Source: Thermodesulfobacteriota bacterium
GTDB lineage: Bacteria > Desulfobacterota_D > UBA1144 > Nemesobacterales > Nemesobacteraceae
Assembly (NCBI GenBank): GCA_965208155.1
Contig: OZ242322.1
Location: forward strand, 100,305 to 164,304
Length of the DNA stretch: 64,000 nt
Reading direction: 5' to 3'
Every line of letters starts with the position of its first letter. The first letter of the stretch is position 1. Positions 21,840 through 32,589 of the stretch are shown here, in pieces. The position numbers and the translations under genes are program-made. The notes beneath the pieces were generated by a model that saw only the letters and a program-made list of their open reading frames with translations, had not been told where the DNA came from and ran no database searches.

Positions 21840-23023
21840 CACTCAATTATTTCGGTTACTACGCCTGCCCCAACAGTTCTTCCACCCTCTCTTATCGCAA
21901 AACGCAACTGCTCCTCCATCGCTACAGGCGCTATCAACTCCACTTCCATACTCACATTGTCCCCAGGCATCACCATCTCTACCCCCTCAGGCAATATCAC
22001 CGCCCCCGTCACATCCGTCGTCCTCAAATAAAACTGCGGCCTATACCCAGGAAAAAACGGCGTGTGCCTTCCCCCCTCTTCCTTCTTCAATACATACACC
22101 TCCGCCTTGAACTTCCTGTGCGGCTTTATACTCCCAGGTGCACTCAACACCTGCCCCCTCTCTACCTCTTCCTTCCCTATACCCCTCAGCAATACCCCCA
22201 CATTATCCCCAGCCTGCGCATCATCCAGTATCTTGCGGAACATCTCCAAACTCGTCGCCACTGTCTTCGTCGTATCTTTAAACCCCACTATCTCTATCTC
22301 CTTCCCCGCTACTATCCTCCCCCTCTCCACTCTCCCCGTTACCACCGTACCCCTGCCCGATATCGTGAACACATCCTCTATCGCCATCAAAAACGGCTTG
22401 TCCATGTCCCTCTCAGGCTCCGGCACATACCCATCTATCTGATCCATTAACTCCACTACCTGCTCAGCCGCCCCCGCGTCCCCCTCTATCGCCTTAAGCG
22501 CGCTTACCTTCACTACCGGTATATCATCCCCAGGAAACCCATACTCGCTTAATAACTCCCTTATCTCCAACTCCACCAACTCAAGCAACTCCTCGTCTTC
22601 CAGCATGTCCACCTTGTTAAGAGCCACCACTATGTACGGCACCCCTACCTGCCTCGCCAACAGTATGTGCTCCCGCGTCTGCGGCATGGGCCCATCAGGC
22701 GCACTCACCACCAACACCGCCCCGTCCATCTGCGCTGCCCCCGTTATCATGTTCTTTACATAGTCTGCATGCCCAGGACAGTCCACGTGAGCATAATGCC
22801 GCCCCTCCGTCTCATACTCCACATGCGCTATGTTTATCGTTATTCCCCTCTCCCTCTCTTCCGGCGCCTTGTCTATGTTGTCAAACTCCACATACTCCGC
22901 CTGCCCCCTCTTTGACAGTATGTTCGTTATTGCCGCCGTTAATGTCGTCTTCCCATGATCCACATGCCCTATCGTACCTATGTTTAAATGCGGCTTCCCC
23001 CTCTCAAACTTTGCCTTTGACAT
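21839..23023 (-). CDS. tuf: Elongation factor Tu
   Basis: [28 protein letters not shown]. Confidence 0.99.
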   Translation of the reverse strand: MSKAKFERGKPHLNIGTIGHVDHGKTTLTAAITNILSKRGQAEYVEFDNIDKAPEERERGITINIAHVEYETEGRHYAHVDCPGHADYVKNMITGAAQMDGAVLVVSAPDGPMPQTREHILLARQVGVPYIVVALNKVDMLEDEELLELVELEIRELLSEYGFPGDDIPVVKVSALKAIEGDAGAAEQVVELMDQIDGYVPEPERDMDKPFLMAIEDVFTISGRGTVVTGRVERGRIVAGKEIEIVGFKDTTKTVATSLEMFRKILDDAQAGDNVGVLLRGIGKEEVERGQVLSAPGSIKPHRKFKAEVYVLKKEEGGRHTPFFPGYRPQFYLRTTDVTGAVILPEGVEMVMPGDNVSMEVELIAPVAMEEQLRFAIREGGRTVGAGVVTEIIE

Positions 23024-23061
23024 CTCTTGGTGACCTCCTTGTTAAAAAGAACATAAAAATA

Positions 23062-25146
23062 TCAGCTGACATTGGCTGCCTGTTTTAACTCTTCGGCTAT
23101 GCTGGCGGGCAAGGCGAAATAATGGGAGAATTCCATAGTGAACAACCCTCTGCCTTCGGTCATTGACCTCAAGTTGGTCGCGTAACCGAACATCTCTCCA
23201 AGCGGAACTTCCGCTTTTACTGCCTGCATAGCACCTCTCATTTCCGTACTGCTTACTCTTCCGCGCCTTGAACTCAGATCACCTATGACGGTTCCCATAT
23301 GGGCTTCGGGAACAACCACCTCAAGCTTCATTACCGGCTCAAGCACAACCGGAGAAGATTTATGGATTGCCTCCTTAAATGCCATGGAACCGGCAATCTT
23401 AAAGGCGATCTCCGAGGAATCGACATCGTGAAAAGAACCGTCGTAAAGAGTGACCGCCACGTCGACGACCGGATACCCGGATACGACTCCGGTCTCCATG
23501 GCCTCGACTATTCCCTTCTCAACCGCGGGAATAAACTCCTTGGGAATCACCCCTCCCTTTATCCGATCGTGAAACTGAAATCCTTCACCTCTCTCAAGAG
23601 GCTCCACCCTTATCTTCACATGGCCGTACTGACCGCGCCCGCCGGTCTGTCTTATGTATTTTCCTTCGGTTTGGGAAGTGGCGGTTATCGTCTCCCTGTA
23701 AGCGACCTGAGGCTTCCCTACATTTGCATCAACATTAAATTCCCTTCTGAGCCTGTCGACGATTATCTCGAGGTGAAGCTCCCCCATGCCGGAAATTACT
23801 GTCTGACGGGTCTCTTCATCGCTTTTCACCTTGAAGGAAGGGTCCTCCATGGCAAGCTTGCTGAGCGAAAGACCAAGTTTCTCCTGGTCGGCGTTTGACT
23901 TGGGCTCTATGGCAATTGAAATGACCGGATCCGAGATATGAAGCCTCTCAAGTATCACGGGCTTTGAATCCGAGCAAAGAGTATCGCCTGTAAGTGTGTT
24001 TTTAAGCCCGACCGCGGCCGCGATGCCGCCGGCCTCAATCTCTTTTATGTCTTCGCGCTTGTCCGCGTGCATGCGAAGAATTCTTCCGATTTTTTCATTC
24101 TTAAGATTGGATGAATTGTAGACGTTAATGCCTGATTTCAGTTTTCCGGAATAAACCCGAAGGTAGGTAAGCTGGCCGACAAACGGGTCCGACATGATCT
24201 TAAACGCAAGCGCGGAGAAGGGTTCTTCTTTGTCGGGTTTTCTCTCGACTTCCTCATCGGTTTTGGGATGAATGCCTTTTACCGGTGGCAGATCCACGGG
24301 AGCAGGCATGTATTCCACAACGGCATCAAGCAAAAGCTGCACTCCCTTGTTCTTAAAAGCCGATCCCAGCATCACCGGGACTATGGTCGCGTCGATTGTC
24401 TGTTGTCTTATGGATTTCCGGATCATCTCTTCGGATATGTCCTCTCCGTCGAGATAAAGTTCCATTATCTCTTCGTCGTTATCCGAGAGAGCCTCTATAA
24501 GTTTCTCCCTGTATTCGGCCGCCTGCTGCTTCGTGTCCTCGGGAATATCTATGAATTCAAACTTGGCCCCAAGGCTCTCCCCGTCCCAGACCGCCATTTT
24601 CATCCTTATCAGATCAACTATTCCGACGAAATCGTCGCCGTCAAACCAGGGAATCTGAAGACACACGGGGTTGGCGCTAAGTCTCTCAATTATCTGGTCC
24701 ACGACCCTGTAGAAATCCGCCCCGACCCTGTCCATCTTGTTCACAAAACACATTCTCGGAACCGAGTAACGGTCGGCCTGCCCCCAAACCGTCTCGGTCT
24801 GAGGTTCGACTCCCCCGACGCAGTCAAACACAACCACCGCTCCGTCAAGCACCTTGAGTGATCTTTCAACCTCTATGGTGAAATCAACGTGGCCGGGAGT
24901 GTCTATGATGTTTATTCTGCAGTCCTTCCAGAAACACGTAGTGGTAGCGGAGGTTATGGTGATGCCTCTTTCGCGCTCCTGCTCCATCCAGTCCATGGTA
25001 GCCGCGCCTTCGTGCACCTCTCCGATTTTGTAGGTTATGCCAGTATAGAAAAGTATTCTTTCAGTAGTGGTGGTCTTGCCAGCATCTATGTGAGCAACAA
25101 TTCCGATGTTCCTCACCCTGTCTATGGGAAATATCTGTTCTGACAC
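23062..25146 (-). CDS. fusA: Elongation factor G (probable GTG start)
   Basis: [27 protein letters not shown]. Confidence 0.98.
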   Translation of the reverse strand: MSEQIFPIDRVRNIGIVAHIDAGKTTTTERILFYTGITYKIGEVHEGAATMDWMEQERERGITITSATTTCFWKDCRINIIDTPGHVDFTIEVERSLKVLDGAVVVFDCVGGVEPQTETVWGQADRYSVPRMCFVNKMDRVGADFYRVVDQIIERLSANPVCLQIPWFDGDDFVGIVDLIRMKMAVWDGESLGAKFEFIDIPEDTKQQAAEYREKLIEALSDNDEEIMELYLDGEDISEEMIRKSIRQQTIDATIVPVMLGSAFKNKGVQLLLDAVVEYMPAPVDLPPVKGIHPKTDEEVERKPDKEEPFSALAFKIMSDPFVGQLTYLRVYSGKLKSGINVYNSSNLKNEKIGRILRMHADKREDIKEIEAGGIAAAVGLKNTLTGDTLCSDSKPVILERLHISDPVISIAIEPKSNADQEKLGLSLSKLAMEDPSFKVKSDEETRQTVISGMGELHLEIIVDRLRREFNVDANVGKPQVAYRETITATSQTEGKYIRQTGGRGQYGHVKIRVEPLERGEGFQFHDRIKGGVIPKEFIPAVEKGIVEAMETGVVSGYPVVDVAVTLYDGSFHDVDSSEIAFKIAGSMAFKEAIHKSSPVVLEPVMKLEVVVPEAHMGTVIGDLSSRRGRVSSTEMRGAMQAVKAEVPLGEMFGYATNLRSMTEGRGLFTMEFSHYFALPASIAEELKQAANVS

Positions 25147-25163
25147 CTTGATCCTCCGGGGAA

Positions 25164-25634
25164 CTACCACCTGTAGTGGGCAAAGGCCCTGTTGGCCTCG
25201 GCCATTCTGTGAATATCCTCTTTCTTCTTCACAGCGCTGCCCCTGTTGTTATGGGCATCAATTATTTCCGAAGAAAGCCTGTCTACCATCGATTTTTCTG
25301 ATCTTGAGCGGGAGGAGTTTATGAGCCATCTGATCCCAAGGGACTGCCTTCTGAAAGAACTCACTTCCATGGGAACCTGATAGTTGGCTCCGCCGACGCG
25401 CCTTGACCTTACCTCGACCGAGGGCCTCACCTTCTCAAGAGCATCGTGAAAAACTTCAAGAGGGTCTTTTCCGGTTTTTTCCTTTATCCTGTCAAGAGAA
25501 TCGTAGAAGATTTTTTCCGCCTTGCTCTTCTTGCCGTCGTACATCAGGCTGTTTATGAACTTGGCAGCCAGCGCGTCTCCAGTTCTGGAGTCTGGAGTCA
25601 GTTTTCTTCTTGGTGCTCTACCTTTTCTCGGCAT
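25164..25634 (-). CDS. rpsG: 30S ribosomal protein S7
   Basis: [24 protein letters not shown]. Confidence 0.98.
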   Translation of the reverse strand: MPRKGRAPRRKLTPDSRTGDALAAKFINSLMYDGKKSKAEKIFYDSLDRIKEKTGKDPLEVFHDALEKVRPSVEVRSRRVGGANYQVPMEVSSFRRQSLGIRWLINSSRSRSEKSMVDRLSSEIIDAHNNRGSAVKKKEDIHRMAEANRAFAHYRW

Positions 25635-25651
25635 TTGCTGCTTCCCGCCCG

Positions 25652-26023
25652 CTACTTAGGCTTTTTGGCTCCGTACTTGGATCTCCCGTTTCTTCTGTTC
25701 TCAACTCCAGTTGAGTCAAGAGTTCCCCTGACTATATGGTATCTAACTCCCGGAAGGTCTTTCACCCTGCCCCCCCTGACGAGCACAACAGAGTGCTCCT
25801 GCAGCGTGTGTCCTTCTCCGGGTATGTAACCCGTGATCTCTATGCCGTTTGTAAGCCTTATCCTGGCGACTTTCCTTAGAGCGGAATTAGGCTTTTTCGG
25901 AGTGGTGGTATATACCCTCACGCAGACCCCTCTTCGCTGGGGACATCTCTGAAGGGCTCTGGCCTTGCTTTTCTTCCTGGCCGTCTCTCTTCCCTTGTTT
26001 AACAACTGGCTTATCGTAGGCAT
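25652..26023 (-). CDS. rpsL: 30S ribosomal protein S12
   Basis: [21 protein letters not shown]. Confidence 0.99.
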   Translation of the reverse strand: MPTISQLLNKGRETARKKSKARALQRCPQRRGVCVRVYTTTPKKPNSALRKVARIRLTNGIEITGYIPGEGHTLQEHSVVLVRGGRVKDLPGVRYHIVRGTLDSTGVENRRNGRSKYGAKKPK

Positions 26024-26057
26024 AAATCATCCTCTCCCCGAATTGGGTAATCCGATC

Positions 26058-26087
26058 ATTATAAGCTTAATAACGGGCGGATGTCAA
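26058..26087 (-). promoter_or_regulatory. Sigma70 promoter of the str operon
   Basis: Minus strand TTGACA-N18-TATAAT about 35 nt upstream of the rpsL ATG. Confidence 0.75.
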
Positions 26088-27050
26088 ATAGAAAAACGGA
26101 AAAAACCGCTGAATCCCAAATCAAGGGAAGGACTATACTACAGAAAGAAAACAGGTTTTCAATAAAAAATTTTTGAGATTATCAAATCGCGATTTCTACC
26201 CTCTGAAATCCTGCTTTCACAAACCTGTGGTCCGCATCTAAAACCGACCTGCCAAAGGCGTGCTGGTGCTGTTCGGGGGTCCGATCGTGCTCAAGGGCCC
26301 TTTTCAAGGGGCGTATGATCTGCGGCAGAACTGGAGAGTCATCTGAAACCGAGCGGGTTCTTCACAAACCAACATGTCTGATTGCAACCCTGTAACATGT
26401 CTAATTGAAATCCTTATGTATATCTGATTGCAAGTTTAAAGAGCGGCAATCTAGTTTGGAACCTTGCGACAATTACTTCAGACGGGGTAGAAAAGGGCCT
26501 TTTTGAGGGATATTCGGATGACGGCCACACTCGATTCCACCACACGACATGAAGCACATGCCTCAGCAGTACCGCCATACAGAACCCGGTTTTCCTTTGC
26601 CCTGAAAAATATAGAACAGGGAGGTGGCGGAGCAGGGGATGTTTTTTACGGTGATCTAGTCACAATTAACCCCTGTACGGTTACTTATAGAACCAATCTC
26701 TCCTGCCACCACCCTTATAAAGGAGTATATCATAAATGCGGACACTCTTTCAATTCTTGTTTCAGTATGCTTCCGTTCTAGATTTGAGCACCTGCTAAAA
26801 TCTGGGGCATCCTTTCCATACAATAATGATTTTTCGTCCTTTTTTCGCGGCTTTTCAAGCGGTTTTTTCTGTTTCACAGACTTTCTTACTCCCCCTTTTT
26901 CGTCCTCGCACGCAAAACTCATGCTTCTTCTACAGAACGGAATCATCTTGTTTTTGTGTAGCGCGACAATCAAGATGGCACTGTTGTCTGCGATATGGTA
27001 TTATCGTAAGACAAGTGAATCAATCGAGGTTTCCGCAGGAGGAATTCCAC

Positions 27051-28262
27051 ATGAAGCGCCTTTATAGTCTCTTGATTCCCTTTGCCGCAACACTGGCGGT
27101 AACAACTTTTTTCTACACAGTTACGGCTTCGGCTCACGGTGAAAACCACGGCAATATCCCTGCAACAACAGCCGAACAGGCAGCCGAAGACAAAGATAAT
27201 CTGGAGACTATCAAAAATTTTGTGCTGCACGCAAAGCACCATTTTGAGGGTATTCCTTCAGACAACCTCGCAGCAAGAGCCGAATTCTACAGGGAGACAA
27301 GAGGTCAAGGAACATGGAATCATGGTTCGGTATACCTGATCATGCTGGCGAGCACATACAGCGTGATTAACCATGGGCTCTATACAGAAACCCTGTTCGG
27401 CGAGTCTCTTGGAAGCCTCGATACTGTAATGAAGCTGAAGACGAAACTGGCAGAAAGCGCCGAGGGTGAAGCTGTCTGTGAACAGTATACATACAACGGT
27501 GTTTCAAGGCAGGCCTGCGCTGTTGGGTATACGGGTATGCTCGGGGGAAGACCACAGATGAACATCCTGATCGGCGGCTTTGATCACGACGAGAAAGACC
27601 AGGACATAGTACGTCTTGATTGCACTGACTACGAACCCGCGGTAACCGCGATGGAAGTGAAGGAAAGACAGACCAGGGAAAGCCTTGAGGATTTTGTAGA
27701 GGGAGCGATCATCAGGTTCGGCGACGTTCTAGAACTTCAGGTGAAGGGCGACTCACCGATGGAAGCCTTCAAAATAGTACAGTGCTTTTCAAAACCGGGA
27801 CATTGGAAAGACGGTCCCATATATCTGTTTGTCATGACCGCAGATACCACTGTGGTTCTAAACGGTCTCAATCAAGAGCTTACAGGCACTCCGTTTGTGG
27901 ATGTTTTTGACGAAGACGGGGTTGATATAGGCAAGGAGATTATTGCTGCCGCGGGAGAGAATGGAGCTGCGGACTTTGTTGAATACAAATGGGACGATCC
28001 GTCTGTAGATGGAGACGAAGTTAACGAGTCCGGCAGGTCTCCAGGCACGTCTCCCAAAATAAGCTACGTTGAGGGAAAGATTTTCCCTCAACGACCGCAA
28101 GTTGTTTACATCTTCGGTTCGGGCATTTACCCGAAAGATGATGACGACGGATGCGCAATTGCGGGGACGGGCAGTGAACCCGGAAGCATTGTTTTCAACA
28201 TGTTCCTGATAATTTTTTCCATGGTTCTCACAGTTTCGCTGGCAAGGCTCCGCAGAAAGTAA
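27051..28262 (+). CDS. Exported tandem Cache-domain protein with C-terminal GCAIAG+TM anchor
   Basis: AGGAGG RBS; signal peptide ASA|H; Cache_2-like WKDGPIYLFV...FVEYKWDDP...KISYV...FGSGIY; paralogues at 40126 and 54939. Confidence 0.75.
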   Translation: MKRLYSLLIPFAATLAVTTFFYTVTASAHGENHGNIPATTAEQAAEDKDNLETIKNFVLHAKHHFEGIPSDNLAARAEFYRETRGQGTWNHGSVYLIMLASTYSVINHGLYTETLFGESLGSLDTVMKLKTKLAESAEGEAVCEQYTYNGVSRQACAVGYTGMLGGRPQMNILIGGFDHDEKDQDIVRLDCTDYEPAVTAMEVKERQTRESLEDFVEGAIIRFGDVLELQVKGDSPMEAFKIVQCFSKPGHWKDGPIYLFVMTADTTVVLNGLNQELTGTPFVDVFDEDGVDIGKEIIAAAGENGAADFVEYKWDDPSVDGDEVNESGRSPGTSPKISYVEGKIFPQRPQVVYIFGSGIYPKDDDDGCAIAGTGSEPGSIVFNMFLIIFSMVLTVSLARLRRK

Positions 28263-28351
28263 CATTTGGATGTCCGCGCGCCGCCCTATTGAGAAAAGTC
28301 AGACAACGCGTGGACGGAACTTAACAGAGACCGGATTTACAAGCCGCGATA

Positions 28352-29632
28352 TCAACTGCCGAACCGCGAAAGTGCTTTTTTTCCTATATCGGTCCGGCAA
28401 ATCAGGCATTGCTCGGAGAGAGAGTCAACAACCCTGTACGCCTTGCTTATCGATTCCTCTATAGTGGCGCCAAAGGATGTAATTCCGAGAACTCTTCCGC
28501 CGCTTGTAACAAGTCTGTCCCCGGAAAAAGCGGTTCCCGCGTGAAAAACGACTGTTTCCGCGGTATCCTCGAAGTCCCTGACTTTTGTAAGCTCAACCCC
28601 CTTGTCGTAACTTCCGGGATAGCCATCTGAAGCCATAACCACGCAGACGCAGAAGCCGTCTTTCCATTGCAGAGAATCAGTATTCATCTCACCCCTGGCT
28701 ATTGAATAAAGAACAGGAACGATATCCGATTCCATTTTCATAAGAAGCGGCTGGGCTTCGGGGTCGCCGAAGCGACAGTTAAATTCAAGTACCTTGAAAC
28801 TGTCATCCTCTATCATAAGTCCGGCGTAGAGAATACCCCTGTAGGTCCTGCCTTCTGATTTCATGGCCCGCACGGTCGGAATCATGACCTCGTCGATTAT
28901 TCTCCGTCTCAGATCATCTGTTACGAGCGGGGCGGGAGCATAAGCGCCCATACCCCCCGTGTTCGGCCCCCTGTCTCCGTCAAATATGGGCTTGTGATCC
29001 TGGGAGGACTCAAGCGGAAGTATGTTCTCACCATCTGTAAAAGCGAAAAAAGAGGTTTCCTCGCCTGTAAGGAATTCTTCTATCACCACTTTAGTTCCCG
29101 CTTGGCCGAACGCTCCGCGCTCCATCATTGAGCGAACCGCGTCCTCTCCTTCTTCGCGCGAGTGGCATATGATAACCCCCTTGCCGGCCGCAAGGCCGTC
29201 GGCTTTTACCACAAAGAGAGTCTCCATCTCCGCTGTCTTCGCAAGCGCCTGCCCCATGTCGGAGAAAACGAAATATTCGCCGGTCGGAATTCCGTATTTT
29301 TTCATCAGGTTTTTTGAGAAAATCTTGCTTCCTTCAAGCTCCGCCGCGGCCTTTGAGGGACCAAAAACGAAAAGATTCTCTTTTTCAAAAAAGTCTGTTA
29401 TCCCTTCGCAAAGAGGCTGCTCGGGACCAACTACTGTAAGATCAACAGACTCTTTTTTCACAAACCGCGCGAGCGAATCAAAATCCGTCACCCCTATATC
29501 AACACATTCGGCGTGACGGCTTATTCCCGCGTTTCCGGGAGCGCAGTAAACACTCTCCACCAGAGGGCTCCGGCTTATTTTCCAGCAGAGGGCATGCTCC
29601 CTCCCCCCGCCTCCTACGACAAGTACTTTCAT
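28352..29632 (-). CDS. purD: Phosphoribosylamine-glycine ligase
   Basis: MKVLVVGGGGREHAL, KADGLAAGKGV, GPNTGGMGAY, EFNCRFGDPE. Confidence 0.97.
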   Translation of the reverse strand: MKVLVVGGGGREHALCWKISRSPLVESVYCAPGNAGISRHAECVDIGVTDFDSLARFVKKESVDLTVVGPEQPLCEGITDFFEKENLFVFGPSKAAAELEGSKIFSKNLMKKYGIPTGEYFVFSDMGQALAKTAEMETLFVVKADGLAAGKGVIICHSREEGEDAVRSMMERGAFGQAGTKVVIEEFLTGEETSFFAFTDGENILPLESSQDHKPIFDGDRGPNTGGMGAYAPAPLVTDDLRRRIIDEVMIPTVRAMKSEGRTYRGILYAGLMIEDDSFKVLEFNCRFGDPEAQPLLMKMESDIVPVLYSIARGEMNTDSLQWKDGFCVCVVMASDGYPGSYDKGVELTKVRDFEDTAETVVFHAGTAFSGDRLVTSGGRVLGITSFGATIEESISKAYRVVDSLSEQCLICRTDIGKKALSRFGS

Positions 29633-32589
29633 TTGGAATCCCCCAGCACCATAGATGGTCTGTTCTGCTGATAGCCCGCATAAAGTATCTGGCATATCAG
29701 GTCCTTGATTGACTGGTTTTCTTCTATTTTCTTGTAGAAATCAAACCTCTCATTTACATAGCCAAGCAGCATGTCATTAAACTGTTTTGCGAAGAAGTTT
29801 CTCTTGTTCTCTTCGCTGTTATCATCATTCATGTACTTTGCCACCTCCGTATCGTCGTTTAACCGCTTGTTTATCCGAGAGATATCAAGTCTGTCTTCCT
29901 CCGTAAGATTACCGCCATGAAGACTGTTCACCTGGGTTATGATTTCTGAGAGCAGGTCAAGTTCCGGTTCGGGCGGGGCGCCTCCTTCAAACTCGGGAGG
30001 GGTGAGGGGTGCATTTACTTTCTCAAGCTCTCCGATACGCTCATGGGTTTTCTGTATTCTGAGCGAGTCAAGATCCACGGTATCGCTTATATCGAACCGT
30101 TGCGATTCGCGTTTCGGGAGTTTTTTGTTCAGGTACTTGAAAAAGACAAACGACTTTTCAAGCTCAATGTCGGAGAAGTTTATTATCTGGGAGAGATATC
30201 CGTACATCCTGATAAATGACTGAACCCTTGAACGAAAATCTTCTCTGGTCTCCACATCCTCAATCCTTCTGAACTGATCAACCACCCTGTCAAGAATTGG
30301 GTGCAAATCTCCTTCATCACGGTTTGGGTTATAAAACACCTCGCAGAAACGATTTACGTCTTCATGTGTATACAGATGGAAATCGTAGATTTCTCTTTGT
30401 GTATCGTAAAGACGGTTGGGGTCGGTCTCGCCTTCAAGCATCGTTGACTGATAGAATGTCTGGAAGGAGTTGCGTATATCCTCGGGGGTGTTAACAAAGT
30501 CAAGCACGAAGGTCTCTGTTTTGCCCGAAGCGATCCTGTTAAGTCTTGAGAGGGTTTGTACGCACTGTACCCCTCCGAGAATCTTGTCGACATACATTGA
30601 CTGGACAAGTGGTTCGTCAAACCCGGTCTGAAACTTGTTCGCGACGACAAGAAGGCGGAATCCCGGGTCCTTCAATCCAAGCGGAATGTCGCCACGGTGA
30701 CCCACAGTCTTGTTAAGTCCGTCTTCTGTGTATTTTTCACCCTCAACGGTCACTTCACCCGAGAATGCGACAAGGGACCTGTAGAAGATTCCCCGCTTCT
30801 CAAGCTGCGCGTTTACTTCCCTGAAGTAAAGCACGCAGTGCGCCCGAGACCTGGTGACGATCATCCCTCTTGCCCGGCCCTGGATCTGCTTCGATCCCTT
30901 CTTGATCCAGTGATCAAGCATGATGTTCACTTTGTAGCGGATTGTCTGCTCGTGGGAATCAACGTATTTTACAAGTTCTTTTTTGCCCTCGGATACGGGA
31001 ATCTCTATCTCGTTATCCTTAGTCTGTTTTATTTTGAAATACCGCCTGTAGGTCGTGTAATTGCAGAGAACATCAAGGGTGAAACCCTCGTTGATTGACT
31101 GGTACATCGAGTAAATGTGAAACGGCATGAACTTTTCATCTCCGGTTCTGGTTCCGAAAAGTTCAAGCGTCTTGTCCTTGGGGGTTCCCGTGAATCCGAA
31201 AAAGGATATGTGTTTCTGCCTTCCGCGGTTTTTTATCTCCTGTCTTATCATCTCCTCGTAGTCAAACTCATCGTCATCGTCTGTTTTCGCAAGAGCTTTC
31301 TTGAGTTCCTTTGAAAGTTCGCCGCTCTGGCTTGAGTGAACCTCGTCAATTATTACGGCGAAGGTTCTGTGACCCAGCGAGGAGATAGTCTCCGAGATAA
31401 ACGGAAACTTCTGGATCGTGGAGATGACTATGTCTTTTCCCTGTTCTAAAAACGCCTTCAACTGCCCCGAATCCTTGTCGGCACCGCCCACGACTCCCGC
31501 GGTCTGCTCAAGTGACCGGACGGTGTTTCTCAGCTGATCGTCAAGAACCTTCCTGTCGGTCACTATGACCACGGTATCGAACAGCCGTTTTTTATCATCC
31601 TCAGAGCGGTAAAGAGATGTAAGGGTGTGGGCAAGCCAGCCGATAGAGTATGACTTGCCGGAACCCGTGGTGTGCTGAACAAGGTAGTTGTGACCGGTTC
31701 CGTCCTCTTTTATCTGGCGACGGAATTTTCTTATGAGATCAAGCTGGTGGTAGCGGGGAAAGACGAGAAACTGCGATGTCTTTGTATCAACTTTTTGTTT
31801 TTTTTCGTTGAAGAAATAACTTTTCCCTTCCGACACATGAACGAAGTTCTCAAGAATGTCGAGAATCGAGTCGGGTGTCAGTATGTCTTCCCAGAGGTAC
31901 TTTGTTCTGTATCCGCTCTCTACCTGCGGATTCTCAAGATCCCGATTGTAGGGAAGGAAGCTGGTATTTTTACCTTCAAGCCTGGTAGTCATCAATACAG
32001 CGTTGTTATCCACACAGAAATGAACGATACAACGCTTGAACCGAAGCAACGGTTCCTTCTTCGGCTCTCTATCGTTTTTGTACTGGTTCTGTGAGTGAAT
32101 GATATTCTGTCCCGTAAGCTGGTTTTTAAGCTCCATTGTTATTAGTGGAAGACCGTTTAGGAAAAGGACCATGTCAATTGAGTTTTCGTTATGGTTTGAA
32201 TAATGAAGTTGCCTTATAACCGTGAACCTGTTCAGGTTATAAAACTTGAGGTGGTCGGGATTGAGTCCACTTTTCGGCTTAAAGAAGCAGAGAGAGAAGT
32301 AGACACCTCTATCGACAACCTGGTTTCTTAGAACATCAATGATTCCTCTTTTTGAGATTTCAGATGAAATACGCGAGAGGATATTGTTCTCAGTGTCAAT
32401 TCCATAGATTTTTTCAAGCTCGCTCCAATTATCCGGCTGCGTGGTCTTTATGAATTCAATCAGATCATCACGGATGAGACAAAGAGAGCGATTGTATTCT
32501 GAGAAGTGGCGAGACTCGTAACCGATTGAGTTTAGATGCTTCTCAATGTGCTCTTCAAACTTCTGCTCTGTGGGTTTCAGTCCGTTCAT
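29629..32589 (-). CDS. hsdR: Type I restriction endonuclease subunit R
   Basis: MELKN nuclease motif, HTTGSGKS, IIDEVHSSQ, FTGTPK, QTGFDEP, QTLSRLNR. Confidence 0.95.
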   Translation of the reverse strand: MNGLKPTEQKFEEHIEKHLNSIGYESRHFSEYNRSLCLIRDDLIEFIKTTQPDNWSELEKIYGIDTENNILSRISSEISKRGIIDVLRNQVVDRGVYFSLCFFKPKSGLNPDHLKFYNLNRFTVIRQLHYSNHNENSIDMVLFLNGLPLITMELKNQLTGQNIIHSQNQYKNDREPKKEPLLRFKRCIVHFCVDNNAVLMTTRLEGKNTSFLPYNRDLENPQVESGYRTKYLWEDILTPDSILDILENFVHVSEGKSYFFNEKKQKVDTKTSQFLVFPRYHQLDLIRKFRRQIKEDGTGHNYLVQHTTGSGKSYSIGWLAHTLTSLYRSEDDKKRLFDTVVIVTDRKVLDDQLRNTVRSLEQTAGVVGGADKDSGQLKAFLEQGKDIVISTIQKFPFISETISSLGHRTFAVIIDEVHSSQSGELSKELKKALAKTDDDDEFDYEEMIRQEIKNRGRQKHISFFGFTGTPKDKTLELFGTRTGDEKFMPFHIYSMYQSINEGFTLDVLCNYTTYRRYFKIKQTKDNEIEIPVSEGKKELVKYVDSHEQTIRYKVNIMLDHWIKKGSKQIQGRARGMIVTRSRAHCVLYFREVNAQLEKRGIFYRSLVAFSGEVTVEGEKYTEDGLNKTVGHRGDIPLGLKDPGFRLLVVANKFQTGFDEPLVQSMYVDKILGGVQCVQTLSRLNRIASGKTETFVLDFVNTPEDIRNSFQTFYQSTMLEGETDPNRLYDTQREIYDFHLYTHEDVNRFCEVFYNPNRDEGDLHPILDRVVDQFRRIEDVETREDFRSRVQSFIRMYGYLSQIINFSDIELEKSFVFFKYLNKKLPKRESQRFDISDTVDLDSLRIQKTHERIGELEKVNAPLTPPEFEGGAPPEPELDLLSEIITQVNSLHGGNLTEEDRLDISRINKRLNDDTEVAKYMNDDNSEENKRNFFAKQFNDMLLGYVNERFDFYKKIEENQSIKDLICQILYAGYQQNRPSMVLGDSK

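Noticed and set aside
6857-25829. Numerous plus-strand ORFs antisense to ribosomal genes
   Set aside because: Shadow ORFs of conserved minus-strand genes
26503-27050. ORFs 26503-26781, 26656-26973 and the N-terminal extension from 26826
   Set aside because: No recognisable motifs; the Cache gene has an AGGAGG RBS and signal peptide from 27051
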